A stretch of DNA of 32,000 nt from Escherichia coli (GTDB lineage Bacteria > Pseudomonadota > Gammaproteobacteria > Enterobacterales > Enterobacteriaceae): NCBI RefSeq assembly GCF_048320145.1, contig NZ_CP182912.1; one strand, written 5' to 3'. Below the pieces are notes generated by a model. It was not told the origin of the DNA and made no database searches. It saw only the letters and a list, made by a program, of their open reading frames with translations. The position numbers and the translations under genes are program-made. This document shows, piece after piece, positions 8,428 to 17,913 of this stretch. Numbering within the stretch: the first letter of the stretch is position 1; each line of letters starts with the position of its first letter.

Positions 8428-9354
8428 TTATTTTCTCTGTCCGTAAATGTTAAAAAACAGGCGGTGCGGTTTTCCTGGTTCCAGTAATAATAAGTCGATA
8501 CCTGAATTAAAGGCGTTAGGCGGGCAACTCATAGGTTCAACTGCCAGTCCCTGACGCTGTAATTTTTCACCGCTATAAATTTGTACCCAGGGTTGATCGC
8601 AACAAAGGCTAACCGAAAGCGCCTGTTGTGGATGGGTAATGGTTATTTCCCACAGATCATTAGCGGTTTTAAAGGTGTGGTCGATTTTTGTCGCGGCTAT
8701 TGTTTTCGCCTGCGTGAAATTTAAATCCAGCTCATCAACGTGGTGAAGCGTTGTCGGATTTACGTGTTCATCAACGGCATAAACCTGGTTTGCCGGAAGC
8801 TGGAACAGATATTCATCAACAGATGTTAAGTTGCAGGTTAAATAAGTATGAATACCCACGCCATAAGGCGCTGCGACAGTGCCGATATTCTGGCTTGCGA
8901 TCTCAACGGAAAGACCCGTGTGTGCGTTGAGCGAATAAACAACTTGTGAAGCCAGCATAAACGGATAGCCGTAACTGGGCGGCAGAAAAGCTGTCAGGGT
9001 AACGCTGGTGGCGGTTAATTCACTAATTTGCCAGTCTCGCCAGGCAAGCAGCCCGTGAATAGCGGCTTTTGAACTATGTTCATTAATGGGTAACTGATAT
9101 TCCTGCCCCTGATAGCGGTAACAGCCGTTGGCGATCCGGTTCGGCCACGGAATAAGCACTTTACCCAGATGCGCCAGCGGCATCTCTTCGGGTTTGTGCG
9201 GGATGACTAAATGACAACCCTGAAAGGTTAATTCAGCCAGACCAGCACCGACGGTCACAATGGTCGCGTGATAATCCCCCGCGGCAAGTGAAACGGTCTG
9301 TCCACTGCAATGCATATTGGTGATTTGCATACAAGGCACCTTAATTAACGACAT
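8428..9354 (-). CDS. yihR: Aldose-1-epimerase family protein (sulfoquinovose mutarotase)
   Basis: The 308-aa ORF begins MSLIKVPCMQITNMH, with GGAGG 4 nt upstream of the ATG. The length and sequence match YihR. Confidence 0.92.
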   Translation of the reverse strand: MSLIKVPCMQITNMHCSGQTVSLAAGDYHATIVTVGAGLAELTFQGCHLVIPHKPEEMPLAHLGKVLIPWPNRIANGCYRYQGQEYQLPINEHSSKAAIHGLLAWRDWQISELTATSVTLTAFLPPSYGYPFMLASQVVYSLNAHTGLSVEIASQNIGTVAAPYGVGIHTYLTCNLTSVDEYLFQLPANQVYAVDEHVNPTTLHHVDELDLNFTQAKTIAATKIDHTFKTANDLWEITITHPQQALSVSLCCDQPWVQIYSGEKLQRQGLAVEPMSCPPNAFNSGIDLLLLEPGKPHRLFFNIYGQRK

Positions 9355-9355
9355 A

Positions 9356-9373
9356 CAGCCTCCCGTGAGGCTG
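9356..9373 (-). promoter_or_regulatory. Hairpin containing the yihR Shine-Dalgarno sequence
   Basis: The mRNA reads CAGCCUC-ACGG-GAGGCUG-U-AUG. This is a perfect 7-bp stem whose 3' arm contains the GGAGG of the yihR SD. Confidence 0.4.
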
Positions 9374-9402
9374 ATGTCAAACCCAAAAACTGCACCGGAC
9401 GG

Positions 9403-9440
9403 TCCCCTCGCCCCTTTGGGGAGAGGGTTAGGGTGAGGGG
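9403..9440. repeat. GC-rich imperfect palindromic intergenic repeat (resembles the E. coli 'Box C' class; assignment from memory)
   Basis: The sequence TCCCCTCGCCCCTTTGGGGAGAGGGTTAGGGTGAGGGG lies in the yihS-yihR spacer. CCCTCGCCCC and GGGGAGAGGG pair with one mismatch. I recall the GGGAGAGGG/GGGTGAGGG motif recurring in E. coli intergenic regions. Confidence 0.5.
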
Positions 9441-9467
9441 AAAACCCGCACCCTATTTTCAGATCAG

Positions 9468-10709
9468 TTATTTCGCATTAATATCCAGCAGACCCGCTGC
9501 AACCGCTGGAGCCATGCCGGGCGCTAACGGGATACGCGGGATCACCAGGCAATGCAGCAGGTGATAAATATCCTGTTTGCCGTCCCAGACTTTGGTGGTG
9601 ACCTTATTGTCCGCATCCAGCTCCTGCCACCAGGAACCATTTTCATAGTCCATCAGGTACTTAATGCAGTACTCCCACCATGTTTGATACCAGGTTTCAT
9701 ACTGGCGATCGCCAGTGACGGTGTAGAGCGCGTAGGCCGTACCCATTGCTTCGACGATAGGCCAACGTACACGTTCGCGGACCACCGGTTTTCCTTCCCA
9801 GTCAACGGTATAAACAATCCCGTCCGCGCCATCGGGTGCCCAGGCATCGCGCACGGTGGCGTTAAACAGACCTTTGGCATCTTCTAGCAGCCATGCTGGT
9901 GGTTGTTCGCAACGGGCTTCCAGGGCAGCATGGATGTGCAGCATTAAACGGCCCCATTCGATCCAGTGGCCTGGTGTACCTCCAAACGCGCGGAAGCGAT
10001 GCGCCGGGTTATCTTTGTTGTAATCCGGCAGCGGATTCCACTGGGTATCGAAGTGTTCGTTAACGCGATAATGATTATTTCTGGCGACGTCGTGGATAAT
10101 CACGGAAGCCACGCGAATCGCGCGATCCAGCCATTTTTTGTCGTGAGTGACGTCATAAACAATCAAGAAAGCTTCCACCGCGTGCATATTGGCATTGCCG
10201 CCGCGGTACTCTTCGGTTTTGCTGAAGGCTTCGTCCCAGGATTCCAGGCACATCTGCTCTTCTTCGCTCCAGAAATATTTCTCGATAATTTCAATGGTGT
10301 AATCGAGCAGCTTGCGCGCTTCCGGGTGACCCGTTGTGACGGCGCTGGCGGCACCCAGCAGAGCAAAGAAGTGTTGATAGCCCTGTTTGGAGGCATCCAC
10401 CACGCCCTCGTCATTCACGCAGGCATACCAGCCGCCATATTTTTTATCACGCAGTGCGCCGTTCATGGCTTTGATACCGTGATCAACCAACGAGTAAGCG
10501 CCAGGTCGACCCATCGCCGCAGCAACGGAATAAACGTGCAACATACGAGCGGTGATCCACAGATGGGTGCCCATCTCTTCTTTGATTTGCCCTTTATTGC
10601 CTAACCAGCCAAAACCAGTCGGCACTACGGAATTTTTACCAAAATCAAAGATGCGGTCGGTTTCCTGTTCCAGCCAACGGTTGTGGCTTAGGGTGTTAAA
10701 CCATTTCAT
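9468..10709 (-). CDS. yihS: Sulfoquinovose isomerase (AGE/N-acylglucosamine-2-epimerase fold)
   Basis: The internal ATG at 10709 gives 413 aa beginning [15 protein letters not shown], the K-12 length. The track start at 10724 would abut the yihT stop. The alpha/alpha-barrel family signature is visible by eye. Confidence 0.93.
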   Translation of the reverse strand: MKWFNTLSHNRWLEQETDRIFDFGKNSVVPTGFGWLGNKGQIKEEMGTHLWITARMLHVYSVAAAMGRPGAYSLVDHGIKAMNGALRDKKYGGWYACVNDEGVVDASKQGYQHFFALLGAASAVTTGHPEARKLLDYTIEIIEKYFWSEEEQMCLESWDEAFSKTEEYRGGNANMHAVEAFLIVYDVTHDKKWLDRAIRVASVIIHDVARNNHYRVNEHFDTQWNPLPDYNKDNPAHRFRAFGGTPGHWIEWGRLMLHIHAALEARCEQPPAWLLEDAKGLFNATVRDAWAPDGADGIVYTVDWEGKPVVRERVRWPIVEAMGTAYALYTVTGDRQYETWYQTWWEYCIKYLMDYENGSWWQELDADNKVTTKVWDGKQDIYHLLHCLVIPRIPLAPGMAPAVAAGLLDINAK

Positions 10710-10725
10710 TCCTTTTATCCTCATC

Positions 10726-11604
10726 TTAGCGGCGTTTAGCCATCATTTCGTCGACGATATCGCCAAGTTGTTGTAATTTCGGTGCGCAAACGTCACGCAG
10801 CATCAGCTCGTTGTCTGGTAAACCGACGACCGATGCCCAGACTGCACGGCCTGCCAGGAATCCCGATGCGCCCGCCGTCATTGCCACGCGTACGGCACGC
10901 GGGAACAGTTTTTCGTCGACACCGGAAGAGAGGATCACCCATGGCATATTGATATGGTCATTCAGACGTTGTGAAGCACAGAGAAGCTCTTGTTGCGGAC
11001 CTTTGCCATAAAGCGGCATTTCAACTTTGTAGAGGTCAGCGCCACTGTCGCCCAGCTCTTTGGCGGCATCGATGATCGCTTGTTCGCGATCGAATTTATC
11101 GCCACGACGCGGTGGGCGGACGACTGGCTCAATGATGCTTACCAGACCGTGTGAGTGGCACAGTTCGTTGAACTCTTTCACCATATCCAGACGTTGCTGC
11201 GCATCTTCATCACTACGCCACAGCACCAGCAGTTTTAAGGCTTTGCCACCGTCTTGTTTGATCTGTAGCGGATTGATTTTGCGGTCAATAACCACGCTAT
11301 CGACCGGAATACCGTTGCCAGGAATGAACTCATCGGCGGCGACAATCATGGCGCAACTTTTGGCAATCGCGTTTTGCTCAACCACCTGGCGGTAGCAGAA
11401 TTGTTGATCTACCAGAATCGCCGAGGCATAAGGCGAGAGGGCCTTTGCAGCGTTAACTTTGAAATCAGTTAAAACGCTATCGGCTACCGGAGCGGGTGCC
11501 CCAGCCGCGGCAAACATCATGCGCATGGCTTCGCGCTGATCGACCGCCAGCATGGCAAAACCGCCCGATGCGCGCGTAATGTCGTTGATGGTGTACTTAT
11601 TCAT
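10726..11604 (-). CDS. yihT: 6-deoxy-6-sulfofructose-1-phosphate aldolase (class I, LacD/DeoC-like)
   Basis: The 292-aa ORF begins [19 protein letters not shown], with AAGGA upstream. It matches YihT. Confidence 0.95.
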   Translation of the reverse strand: MNKYTINDITRASGGFAMLAVDQREAMRMMFAAAGAPAPVADSVLTDFKVNAAKALSPYASAILVDQQFCYRQVVEQNAIAKSCAMIVAADEFIPGNGIPVDSVVIDRKINPLQIKQDGGKALKLLVLWRSDEDAQQRLDMVKEFNELCHSHGLVSIIEPVVRPPRRGDKFDREQAIIDAAKELGDSGADLYKVEMPLYGKGPQQELLCASQRLNDHINMPWVILSSGVDEKLFPRAVRVAMTAGASGFLAGRAVWASVVGLPDNELMLRDVCAPKLQQLGDIVDEMMAKRR

Positions 11605-11627
11605 TCATTTATTCCTTTATCCAGTCG

Positions 11628-12524
11628 TTACATTTTTACTTTGGCAGTCATCCCGGCACTGACACGGACCTGTTCCAGAATGGCGGACCAGTCCTGGCGA
11701 CCGCGACCCGCTGCGCGCGCCTGGCTATAAACCTCCCGTGAGGCGGCCCCCAGCGGCATTGGCACATGCAGCTGGTTGGCGACATCAAGGGCGATGCCAA
11801 GATCCTTATGGGCAAGATCGATCATGAAGGCGGGAGAAAGATCTCCGCTGAGGACTTTGTTTGGCCAGGAAGTGGTGAAGTGACCTTTACCGGCGGCGGT
11901 ACCGCTCATCACTTTGACGGCAACATCGAAGGGAAGATTCAGGGCTTCGCACAAAACGGCGGCTTCTGCCGAAAGCGCATTGAGCGCGATGCTCATGTAG
12001 TTGTTGATGAGCTTAACGCGGATCCCCATGCCCGGACCGCCAGAGTTGATCAACTCACTGCCCATCGCCATCAGGATCGGTGTGGCACGTTCAACTTGTT
12101 CAGCGGTGCCGCCAGCCAGCAGTAACAGAGTACCGGTAATGGCATTTGCAGAAGTACGGCCTACCGGAACATCCATCATGCTGAAGCCTTTGGCTTGCAT
12201 ATCGGCAATCAATTTATCGGTTTGCAGCGGATGGATGGTGGACATATCAATGACCAGCGCATCGGTAGATAAGCCTTCGCAAACGCCGTTTTCACCGAAC
12301 AACACGTTGCGCACCAGATCGCCATTCGGCAACATGGTAATGATAAATTCGGCATCTTTAGCGGCCTGCGCCGGGTTGGCGGCGGGAGTCGCACCTTTGT
12401 CTACCAGATGCCGCACAGCTTCGGCGTTCACATCAAAGACGCGAAGTTGATGCCCTTGCTGCAATAAATTGCTCGCCATTGGCGAACCCATTTGTCCTAA
12501 ACCGATAAACGCGATTGCTGCCAT
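11628..12524 (-). CDS. yihU: 3-sulfolactaldehyde reductase (beta-hydroxyacid dehydrogenase family)
   Basis: The 298-aa ORF has the N-terminal Rossmann motif [14 protein letters not shown]. It matches YihU. Confidence 0.95.
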   Translation of the reverse strand: MAAIAFIGLGQMGSPMASNLLQQGHQLRVFDVNAEAVRHLVDKGATPAANPAQAAKDAEFIITMLPNGDLVRNVLFGENGVCEGLSTDALVIDMSTIHPLQTDKLIADMQAKGFSMMDVPVGRTSANAITGTLLLLAGGTAEQVERATPILMAMGSELINSGGPGMGIRVKLINNYMSIALNALSAEAAVLCEALNLPFDVAVKVMSGTAAGKGHFTTSWPNKVLSGDLSPAFMIDLAHKDLGIALDVANQLHVPMPLGAASREVYSQARAAGRGRQDWSAILEQVRVSAGMTAKVKM

Positions 12525-12691
12525 AACCCTCTCCTGAATACAGTGATGTCACTTTTTGTCATTTATGACATGCTTTGCTTGTCTGTTTTTGATCGTATTT
12601 GTAATTTATCGTCAAAAAATTGACAGCCGTCACTTTTTAAACAATTGGTGAAATTAAAATGAACGCATCCCAAAATGTTTAAGGAATGACC
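12525..12691. promoter_or_regulatory. Divergent yihU / yihV control region with overlapping inverted repeats and repeated GTCACTTTTT cores
   Basis: This is a 167-bp AT-rich spacer between divergent genes. It contains AGTGA-tg-TCACT (12542-12553), TGTCAT-tt-ATGACA (12557-12570) and GTCAA-aaaa-TTGAC (12611-12624). GTCACTTTTT occurs at 12548-12557 and 12629-12638. The DeoR-type regulator gene is adjacent. Confidence 0.6.
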
Positions 12692-13588
12692 ATGATTCGT
12701 GTTGCTTGTGTAGGTATAACCGTGATGGATCGCATCTATTACGTGGAAGGGTTACCGACGGAGAGCGGTAAATACGTGGCGAGAAATTATACGGAAGTTG
12801 GTGGCGGGCCAGCGGCGACGGCAGCGGTTGCGGCGGCAAGGCTGGGGGCGCAGGTCGATTTTATTGGTCGCGTAGGTGATGACGACACGGGCAACAGCCT
12901 GCTGGCAGAGCTGGAATCCTGGGGCGTTAACACCCGTTACACCAAACGGTATAACCAGGCGAAATCTTCGCAATCCGCCATCATGGTGGATACCAAAGGC
13001 GAGCGGATAATCATTAACTACCCCAGCCCGGATCTGCTGCCTGACGCAGAGTGGTTGGAGGAAATTGATTTCTCTCAGTGGGATGTTGTGCTGGCAGATG
13101 TACGCTGGCACGACGGCGCTAAAAAAGCCTTCATCCTGGCCCGTCAGGCGGGTGTGATGACCGTTCTGGACGGGGACATTACGCCGCAGGATATCAGTGA
13201 GCTGGTGGCATTAAGCGATCACGCGGCCTTTTCAGAACCGGGTCTGGCGCGCTTAACGGGCGTGAAAGAGATGGCCAGTGCGCTAAAACAGGTACAAACG
13301 CTCACAAATGGTCATGTCTATGTGACCCAGGGTAGCGCAGGCTGCGACTGGCTGGAAAATGGTGGGCGTCAGCATCAACCGGCCTTCAAAGTTGATGTGG
13401 TAGATACCACAGGTGCGGGTGATGTTTTTCACGGCGCTTTGGCGGTGGCGCTGGCAACAAGTGGGGATTTAGCGGAGTCAGTCCGCTTCGCCAGCGGTGT
13501 AGCGGCGTTAAAATGCACACGTCCCGGTGGACGAGCCGGGATCCCTGACTGTGATCAAACCCGATCTTTTTTGTCACTTTTTGTATAA
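12692..13588 (+). CDS. yihV: 6-deoxy-6-sulfofructose kinase (PfkB/ribokinase family)
   Basis: The ATG at 12692 lies 6 nt after AAGGA, whereas the track ATG at 12686 has zero spacing. This gives 298 aa beginning MIRVACVGITVMD. The PfkB motif DTTGAGDVF is present. Confidence 0.95.
   Translation: MIRVACVGITVMDRIYYVEGLPTESGKYVARNYTEVGGGPAATAAVAAARLGAQVDFIGRVGDDDTGNSLLAELESWGVNTRYTKRYNQAKSSQSAIMVDTKGERIIINYPSPDLLPDAEWLEEIDFSQWDVVLADVRWHDGAKKAFILARQAGVMTVLDGDITPQDISELVALSDHAAFSEPGLARLTGVKEMASALKQVQTLTNGHVYVTQGSAGCDWLENGGRQHQPAFKVDVVDTTGAGDVFHGALAVALATSGDLAESVRFASGVAALKCTRPGGRAGIPDCDQTRSFLSLFV
13572..13584. promoter_or_regulatory. Third copy of the operator-like motif, upstream of yihW
   Basis: TGTCACTTTTTGT is identical over 13 nt to 12547-12559. 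It lies in the last codons of yihV, directly abutting TATAAAAT (13584-13591) and 38 nt before the yihW ATG. Confidence 0.4.
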
Positions 13589-13621
13589 AATGCCAGGGTG
13601 ATGGTTTTTCGAGGAATTTTC

Positions 13622-14407
13622 ATGAGCCTTACCGAACTAACCGGTAACCCGCGGCACGACCAACTCCTCATGCTGATCGCCGAGCGTGGGTATATGAATA
13701 TTGATGAGCTGGCAAATCTGCTGGATGTCTCCACGCAGACGGTCCGCCGGGATATTCGTAAATTAAGCGAGCAAGGCCTGATTACGCGCCATCACGGTGG
13801 CGCGGGTCGGGCTTCCAGCGTCGTTAATACGGCGTTCGAGCAGCGTGAGGTTTCGCAAACCGAGGAAAAAAAAGCGATTGCCGAAGTGGTGGCAGACTAT
13901 ATTCCTGATGGTTCAACAATATTTATCACCATTGGTACGACTGTTGAGCATGTTGCCCGGGCGTTACTTAACCATAATCATTTGCGGATAATCACCAACA
14001 GCCTGCGTGTGGCGCATATTCTTTACCACAACCCGCGCTTTGAAGTGATGGTGCCCGGCGGTACGTTGCGCTCTCATAATAGCGGGATCATTGGCCCTTC
14101 AGCGGCGTCCTTTGTGGCTGATTTTCGTGCTGATTATCTGGTAACAAGCGTTGGGGCGATTGAGAGCGATGGCGCGTTGATGGAGTTTGATGTAAACGAA
14201 GCTAACGTGGTGAAAACGATGATGGCGCACGCGAGAAATATTCTGCTGGTCGCCGATCACACTAAGTATCATGCTTCGGCGGCGGTTGAAATTGGTAACG
14301 TGGCACAGGTCACTGCGCTCTTTACCGACGAGCTGCCGCCCGCTGCGCTAAAATCACGCTTACAAGACAGCCAAATTGAAATCATTCTTCCCCAGGAAGA
14401 CGCGTAG
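13622..14407 (+). CDS. yihW: DeoR-family transcriptional repressor of the sulfoquinovose genes (CsqR)
   Basis: The internal ATG at 13622 gives 261 aa beginning MSLTELTGNPRHDQLLMLI. The N-terminal wHTH (IDELANLLDVSTQTVRRDIRKL) and the C-terminal DeoR sugar-binding domain are both visible. Confidence 0.93.
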   Translation: MSLTELTGNPRHDQLLMLIAERGYMNIDELANLLDVSTQTVRRDIRKLSEQGLITRHHGGAGRASSVVNTAFEQREVSQTEEKKAIAEVVADYIPDGSTIFITIGTTVEHVARALLNHNHLRIITNSLRVAHILYHNPRFEVMVPGGTLRSHNSGIIGPSAASFVADFRADYLVTSVGAIESDGALMEFDVNEANVVKTMMAHARNILLVADHTKYHASAAVEIGNVAQVTALFTDELPPAALKSRLQDSQIEIILPQEDA

Positions 14408-14505
14408 ATTTTTGTGACCGTTAACCTGGCTTCATACCTTGCCACATAGCCAAACCCATCCTTTCCCGCTACAGTTAATTTCTTGTGGCGCGAAAGGAGG
14501 CAAAA

Positions 14506-15105
14506 ATGCTCTATATCTTTGATTTAGGTAATGTGATTGTCGATATCGACTTTAACCGTGTGCTGGGAGCCTGGAGCGATTTAACGCGTATTCCGCTGGC
14601 ATCGCTTAAGAAGAGTTTTCATATGGGGGAGGCGTTTCATCAGCATGAGCGTGGGGAAATTAGCGACGAAGCGTTCGCAGAGGCGCTGTGTCATGAGATG
14701 GCTCTACCGCTAAGCTACGAGCAGTTCTCTCACGGCTGGCAGGCGGTGTTTGTGGCGCTGCGCCCGGAAGTGATCGCCATCATGCATAAACTGCGTGAGC
14801 AGGGGCATCGCGTGGTGGTGCTTTCCAATACCAACCGCCTGCATACCACCTTCTGGCCGGAAGAATACCCGGAAATTCGTGATGCTGCTGACCATATCTA
14901 TCTGTCGCAAGATCTGGGGATGCGCAAACCTGAAGCACGAATTTACCAGCATGTTTTGCAGGCGGAAGGTTTTTCACCCAGCGATACGGTCTTTTTCGAC
15001 GATAACGCCGATAATATAGAAGGAGCCAATCAGCTGGGCATTACCAGTATTCTGGTGAAAGATAAAACCACCATCCCGGACTATTTCGCGAAGGTGTTAT
15101 GCTAA
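14506..15105 (+). CDS. yihX: HAD-superfamily phosphatase (alpha-D-glucose-1-phosphate phosphatase)
   Basis: The ATG at 14506 lies 5 nt after AAGGAGG and gives 199 aa beginning [15 protein letters not shown] (HAD motif I region), with FFDDNADN as motif IV. Confidence 0.92.
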
Positions 15106-15971
15106 AAACCATTCAGGACAAAGCCAGGCACCGTACCCGTCCACTATGGGCCTGGCTAAAACTACTCTGGCAACGCATTGATGAGGACAACATGACAACC
15201 CTGGCAGGTAACCTTGCCTATGTGTCGTTGCTCTCATTAGTGCCGCTGGTTGCCGTTGTTTTTGCGCTTTTCGCCGCTTTTCCCATGTTTTCCGACGTCA
15301 GCATTCAGTTACGTCACTTTATTTTTGCCAACTTTCTGCCTGCTACTGGCGATGTTATTCAGCGGTATATCGAACAATTTGTTGCCAATTCCAACAAGAT
15401 GACCGCCGTTGGGGCGTGCGGGCTGATCGTCACCGCGTTATTGCTGATGTACTCCATCGATAGCGCGTTGAATACCATCTGGCGCAGTAAACGAGCGCGA
15501 CCAAAAATTTACTCGTTCGCCGTGTACTGGATGATTTTAACGCTGGGGCCGCTGCTGGCAGGGGCCAGTCTGGCGATCAGTTCCTATTTGCTCTCCCTGC
15601 GCTGGGCGAGCGATCTCAATACTGTCATCGATAACGTGCTGCGTATTTTTCCGCTGCTGTTGTCGTGGATCTCCTTCTGGTTGCTGTACAGCATTGTTCC
15701 TACCATCCGCGTACCTAACCGCGACGCGATTGTCGGCGCGTTTGTCGCCGCGCTCCTGTTCGAAGCAGGAAAGAAAGGTTTCGCGCTTTATATCACCATG
15801 TTTCCGTCATATCAGCTCATTTACGGCGTGTTGGCGGTGATCCCCATTCTCTTTGTTTGGGTCTACTGGACATGGTGTATCGTCTTGCTTGGCGCGGAAA
15901 TTACTGTCACTCTCGGGGAATACCGCAAACTAAAACAAGCAGCTGAACAAGAAGAAGACGACGAACCATGA
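15099..15971 (+). CDS. yihY: YihY/BrkB (UPF0761) family inner-membrane protein (formerly mis-assigned 'rbn')
   Basis: The 290-aa polytopic ORF starts 7 nt before the yihX stop (ATGCTAA). It has an acidic C-terminal tail, AEQEEDDEP. Confidence 0.9.
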
Positions 15972-16405
15972 TTGCATTAATTCAACGCGTAACCCGTGCC
16001 AGCGTCACCGTGGAGGGAGAAGTGACGGGCGAAATTGGCGCGGGACTTTTGGTGTTATTGGGTGTCGAAAAGGATGACGACGAACAGAAAGCAAACCGTC
16101 TGTGCGAGCGTGTGCTCGGCTACCGCATCTTTAGCGATGCCGAAGGCAAGATGAACCTCAACGTGCAACAGGCGGGCGGCAGTGTGCTGGTGGTTTCCCA
16201 GTTTACCCTCGCCGCAGATACCGAACGGGGGATGCGCCCAAGTTTCTCCAAAGGTGCATCACCGGATCGCGCAGAGGCGTTATATGACTATTTCGTCGAA
16301 CGCTGCCGTCAGCAAGAGATGAACACGCAAACAGGACGCTTCGCTGCGGATATGCAGGTATCGCTGGTCAATGATGGCCCCGTGACATTCTGGTTGCAGG
16401 TATGA
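15968..16405 (+). CDS. dtd: D-aminoacyl-tRNA deacylase
   Basis: The 145-aa ORF begins [13 protein letters not shown], with the SQFTL and NDGPVT signature motifs. It has an ATGA overlap with yihY. Confidence 0.96.
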
Positions 16406-17391
16406 GCCAGCTTCCAGGGTTGTCACGGGAAACAAGAGAGAGTATCGCTATGTATCACCTTCGGGTTCCACAAACAGAAGAAGAATTAGAGCGTTACTAT
16501 CAGTTTCGCTGGGAAATGTTGCGTAAGCCCCTGCATCAACCAAAAGGTTCGGAACGCGACGCGTGGGATGCGATGGCGCATCACCAGATGGTCGTCGACG
16601 AGCAGGGTAATCTGGTGGCGGTAGGCCGATTGTATATTAATGCCGACAATGAAGCGTCCATTCGCTTTATGGCCGTTCACCCGGACGTGCAGGACAAAGG
16701 GTTAGGCACGCTGATGGCGATGACCCTGGAGTCGGTGGCGCGTCAGGAAGGCGTAAAGCGCGTGACCTGTAGCGCCCGTGAAGACGCGGTGGAGTTTTTC
16801 GCCAAGCTGGGATTCATTAATCAGGGGGAGATCACCACCCCAACTACCACGCCGATTCGCCATTTTTTGATGATTAAACCCGTTGCCACTCTGGATGATA
16901 TTTTGCATCGCGGCGACTGGTGCGCGCAGCTGCAACAGGCGTGGTACGAACATATCCCGCTTAGTGAAAAAATGGGCGTGCGTATTCAACAATATACCGG
17001 GCAAAAATTTATCACCACCATGCCGGAAACCGGTAATCAGAATCCGCACCATACGCTGTTTGCCGGGAGTTTATTCTCACTGGCAACGCTCACCGGTTGG
17101 GGGCTTATCTGGCTGATGCTGCGCGAACGCCATCTCGGCGGAACGATTATTCTGGCGGATGCGCATATCCGCTACAGCAAGCCGATTAGCGGTAAACCTC
17201 ATGCGGTAGCCGACCTTGGTGCCTTAAGCGGCGATCTCGACCGTCTGGCGCGCGGACGAAAAGCACGGGTGCAGATGCAAGTTGAAATCTTTGGCGACGA
17301 GACGCCGGGTGCAGTGTTTGAAGGCACGTATATCGTTCTGCCCGCGAAGCCATTTGGCCCGTATGAAGAGGGCGGGAACGAAGAAGAGTAG
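16402..17391 (+). CDS. yiiD: GNAT acetyltransferase domain fused to a hotdog/thioesterase-like domain
   Basis: The 329-aa ORF has an ATGA overlap with dtd. The N-terminal half carries the GNAT core ([23 protein letters not shown]). I recognise the C-terminal half ([17 protein letters not shown]...) as YiiD (also called FabY), which is described as a hotdog/thioesterase-like fold. Confidence 0.9.
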
Positions 17392-17805
17392 CTGATGGAG
17401 AGGGGCGGTGCTGCCTCTCTTACTCATTCCGGTCATTTACATCAGCCCCTGACTATTCCGGTTATATTGAATAAGAACTCTATAAATTTTTATTCTTCGT
17501 TGGCTCCATACGTGTCTTGCTACATCACTGTTCAGGAGCATTTAAATATTATTTGTAGAGCTGAGTGGCAATTATCGCAGATAATGCTTAACTCATCATC
17601 TTAGTTCAGGTTTGAGCGATTTTTGATAGTCAAAACCCCCTCTGGTGCCATACTTTTCTCATAAATATTTTTAAAATCTATAGCTAACAAATATTATGCA
17701 AAGATAATGGACTAGCATCATTGTCAGTATCATTCATTTACTGCTCTGTATGTTATGAATAATTATGTTGTATGTTTGCTCTTAAACCGTGGGAAGGAGG
17801 CTATA

Positions 17806-17913
17806 ATGGTTGCCAATATTAATCTCATTAAACAAGAAAGTTATTCTGTTGTTAATTTAGAAAAACAACTTTCCCGAACTGTTACCAACAAAATTATAAC
17901 GATGAGCAAGTAA
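17806..17913 (+). CDS. Candidate small protein (35 aa: MVANINLIKQESYSVVNLEKQLSRTVTNKIITMSK)
   Basis: A near-perfect SD (GGGAAGGAGG, 17791-17800) lies 5 nt before the ATG. TAA at 17911-17913 is followed immediately by the 8-bp inverted repeat AGACCGGT-N14-ACCGGTCT (17914-17943). The ORF is too short for the track, and I recognise no homology. Confidence 0.4.
   Translation: MVANINLIKQESYSVVNLEKQLSRTVTNKIITMSK

Noticed and set aside
12620-12625. Perfect TTGACA hexamer as the yihV -35 element. TAAAAT at 12655-12660 was considered as the -10.
   Set aside because: The two hexamers are 29 nt apart. No acceptable -10 lies 16-18 nt after TTGACA and no acceptable -35 lies before TAAAAT, so I do not assign promoter elements without TSS data.
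12654-12839. A 61-aa minus-strand ORF spanning the yihV start
   Set aside because: It is antisense to the yihV 5' end, has no SD and is Pro/Ser/Arg-rich junk.
17398-17419. GAGAGG-N10-CCTCTC hairpin as the yiiD terminator
   Set aside because: It has only a 6-bp stem with a 10-nt loop and no real U-tract (TTACTCATT), which is too weak to call.
17395-17604. A 69-aa ORF (MERGGAASLTHSGH...) immediately after yiiD
   Set aside because: There is no SD, it starts inside the weak post-yiiD hairpin, and its composition and sequence look random. It extends into AT-rich DNA only because stops happen to be absent.
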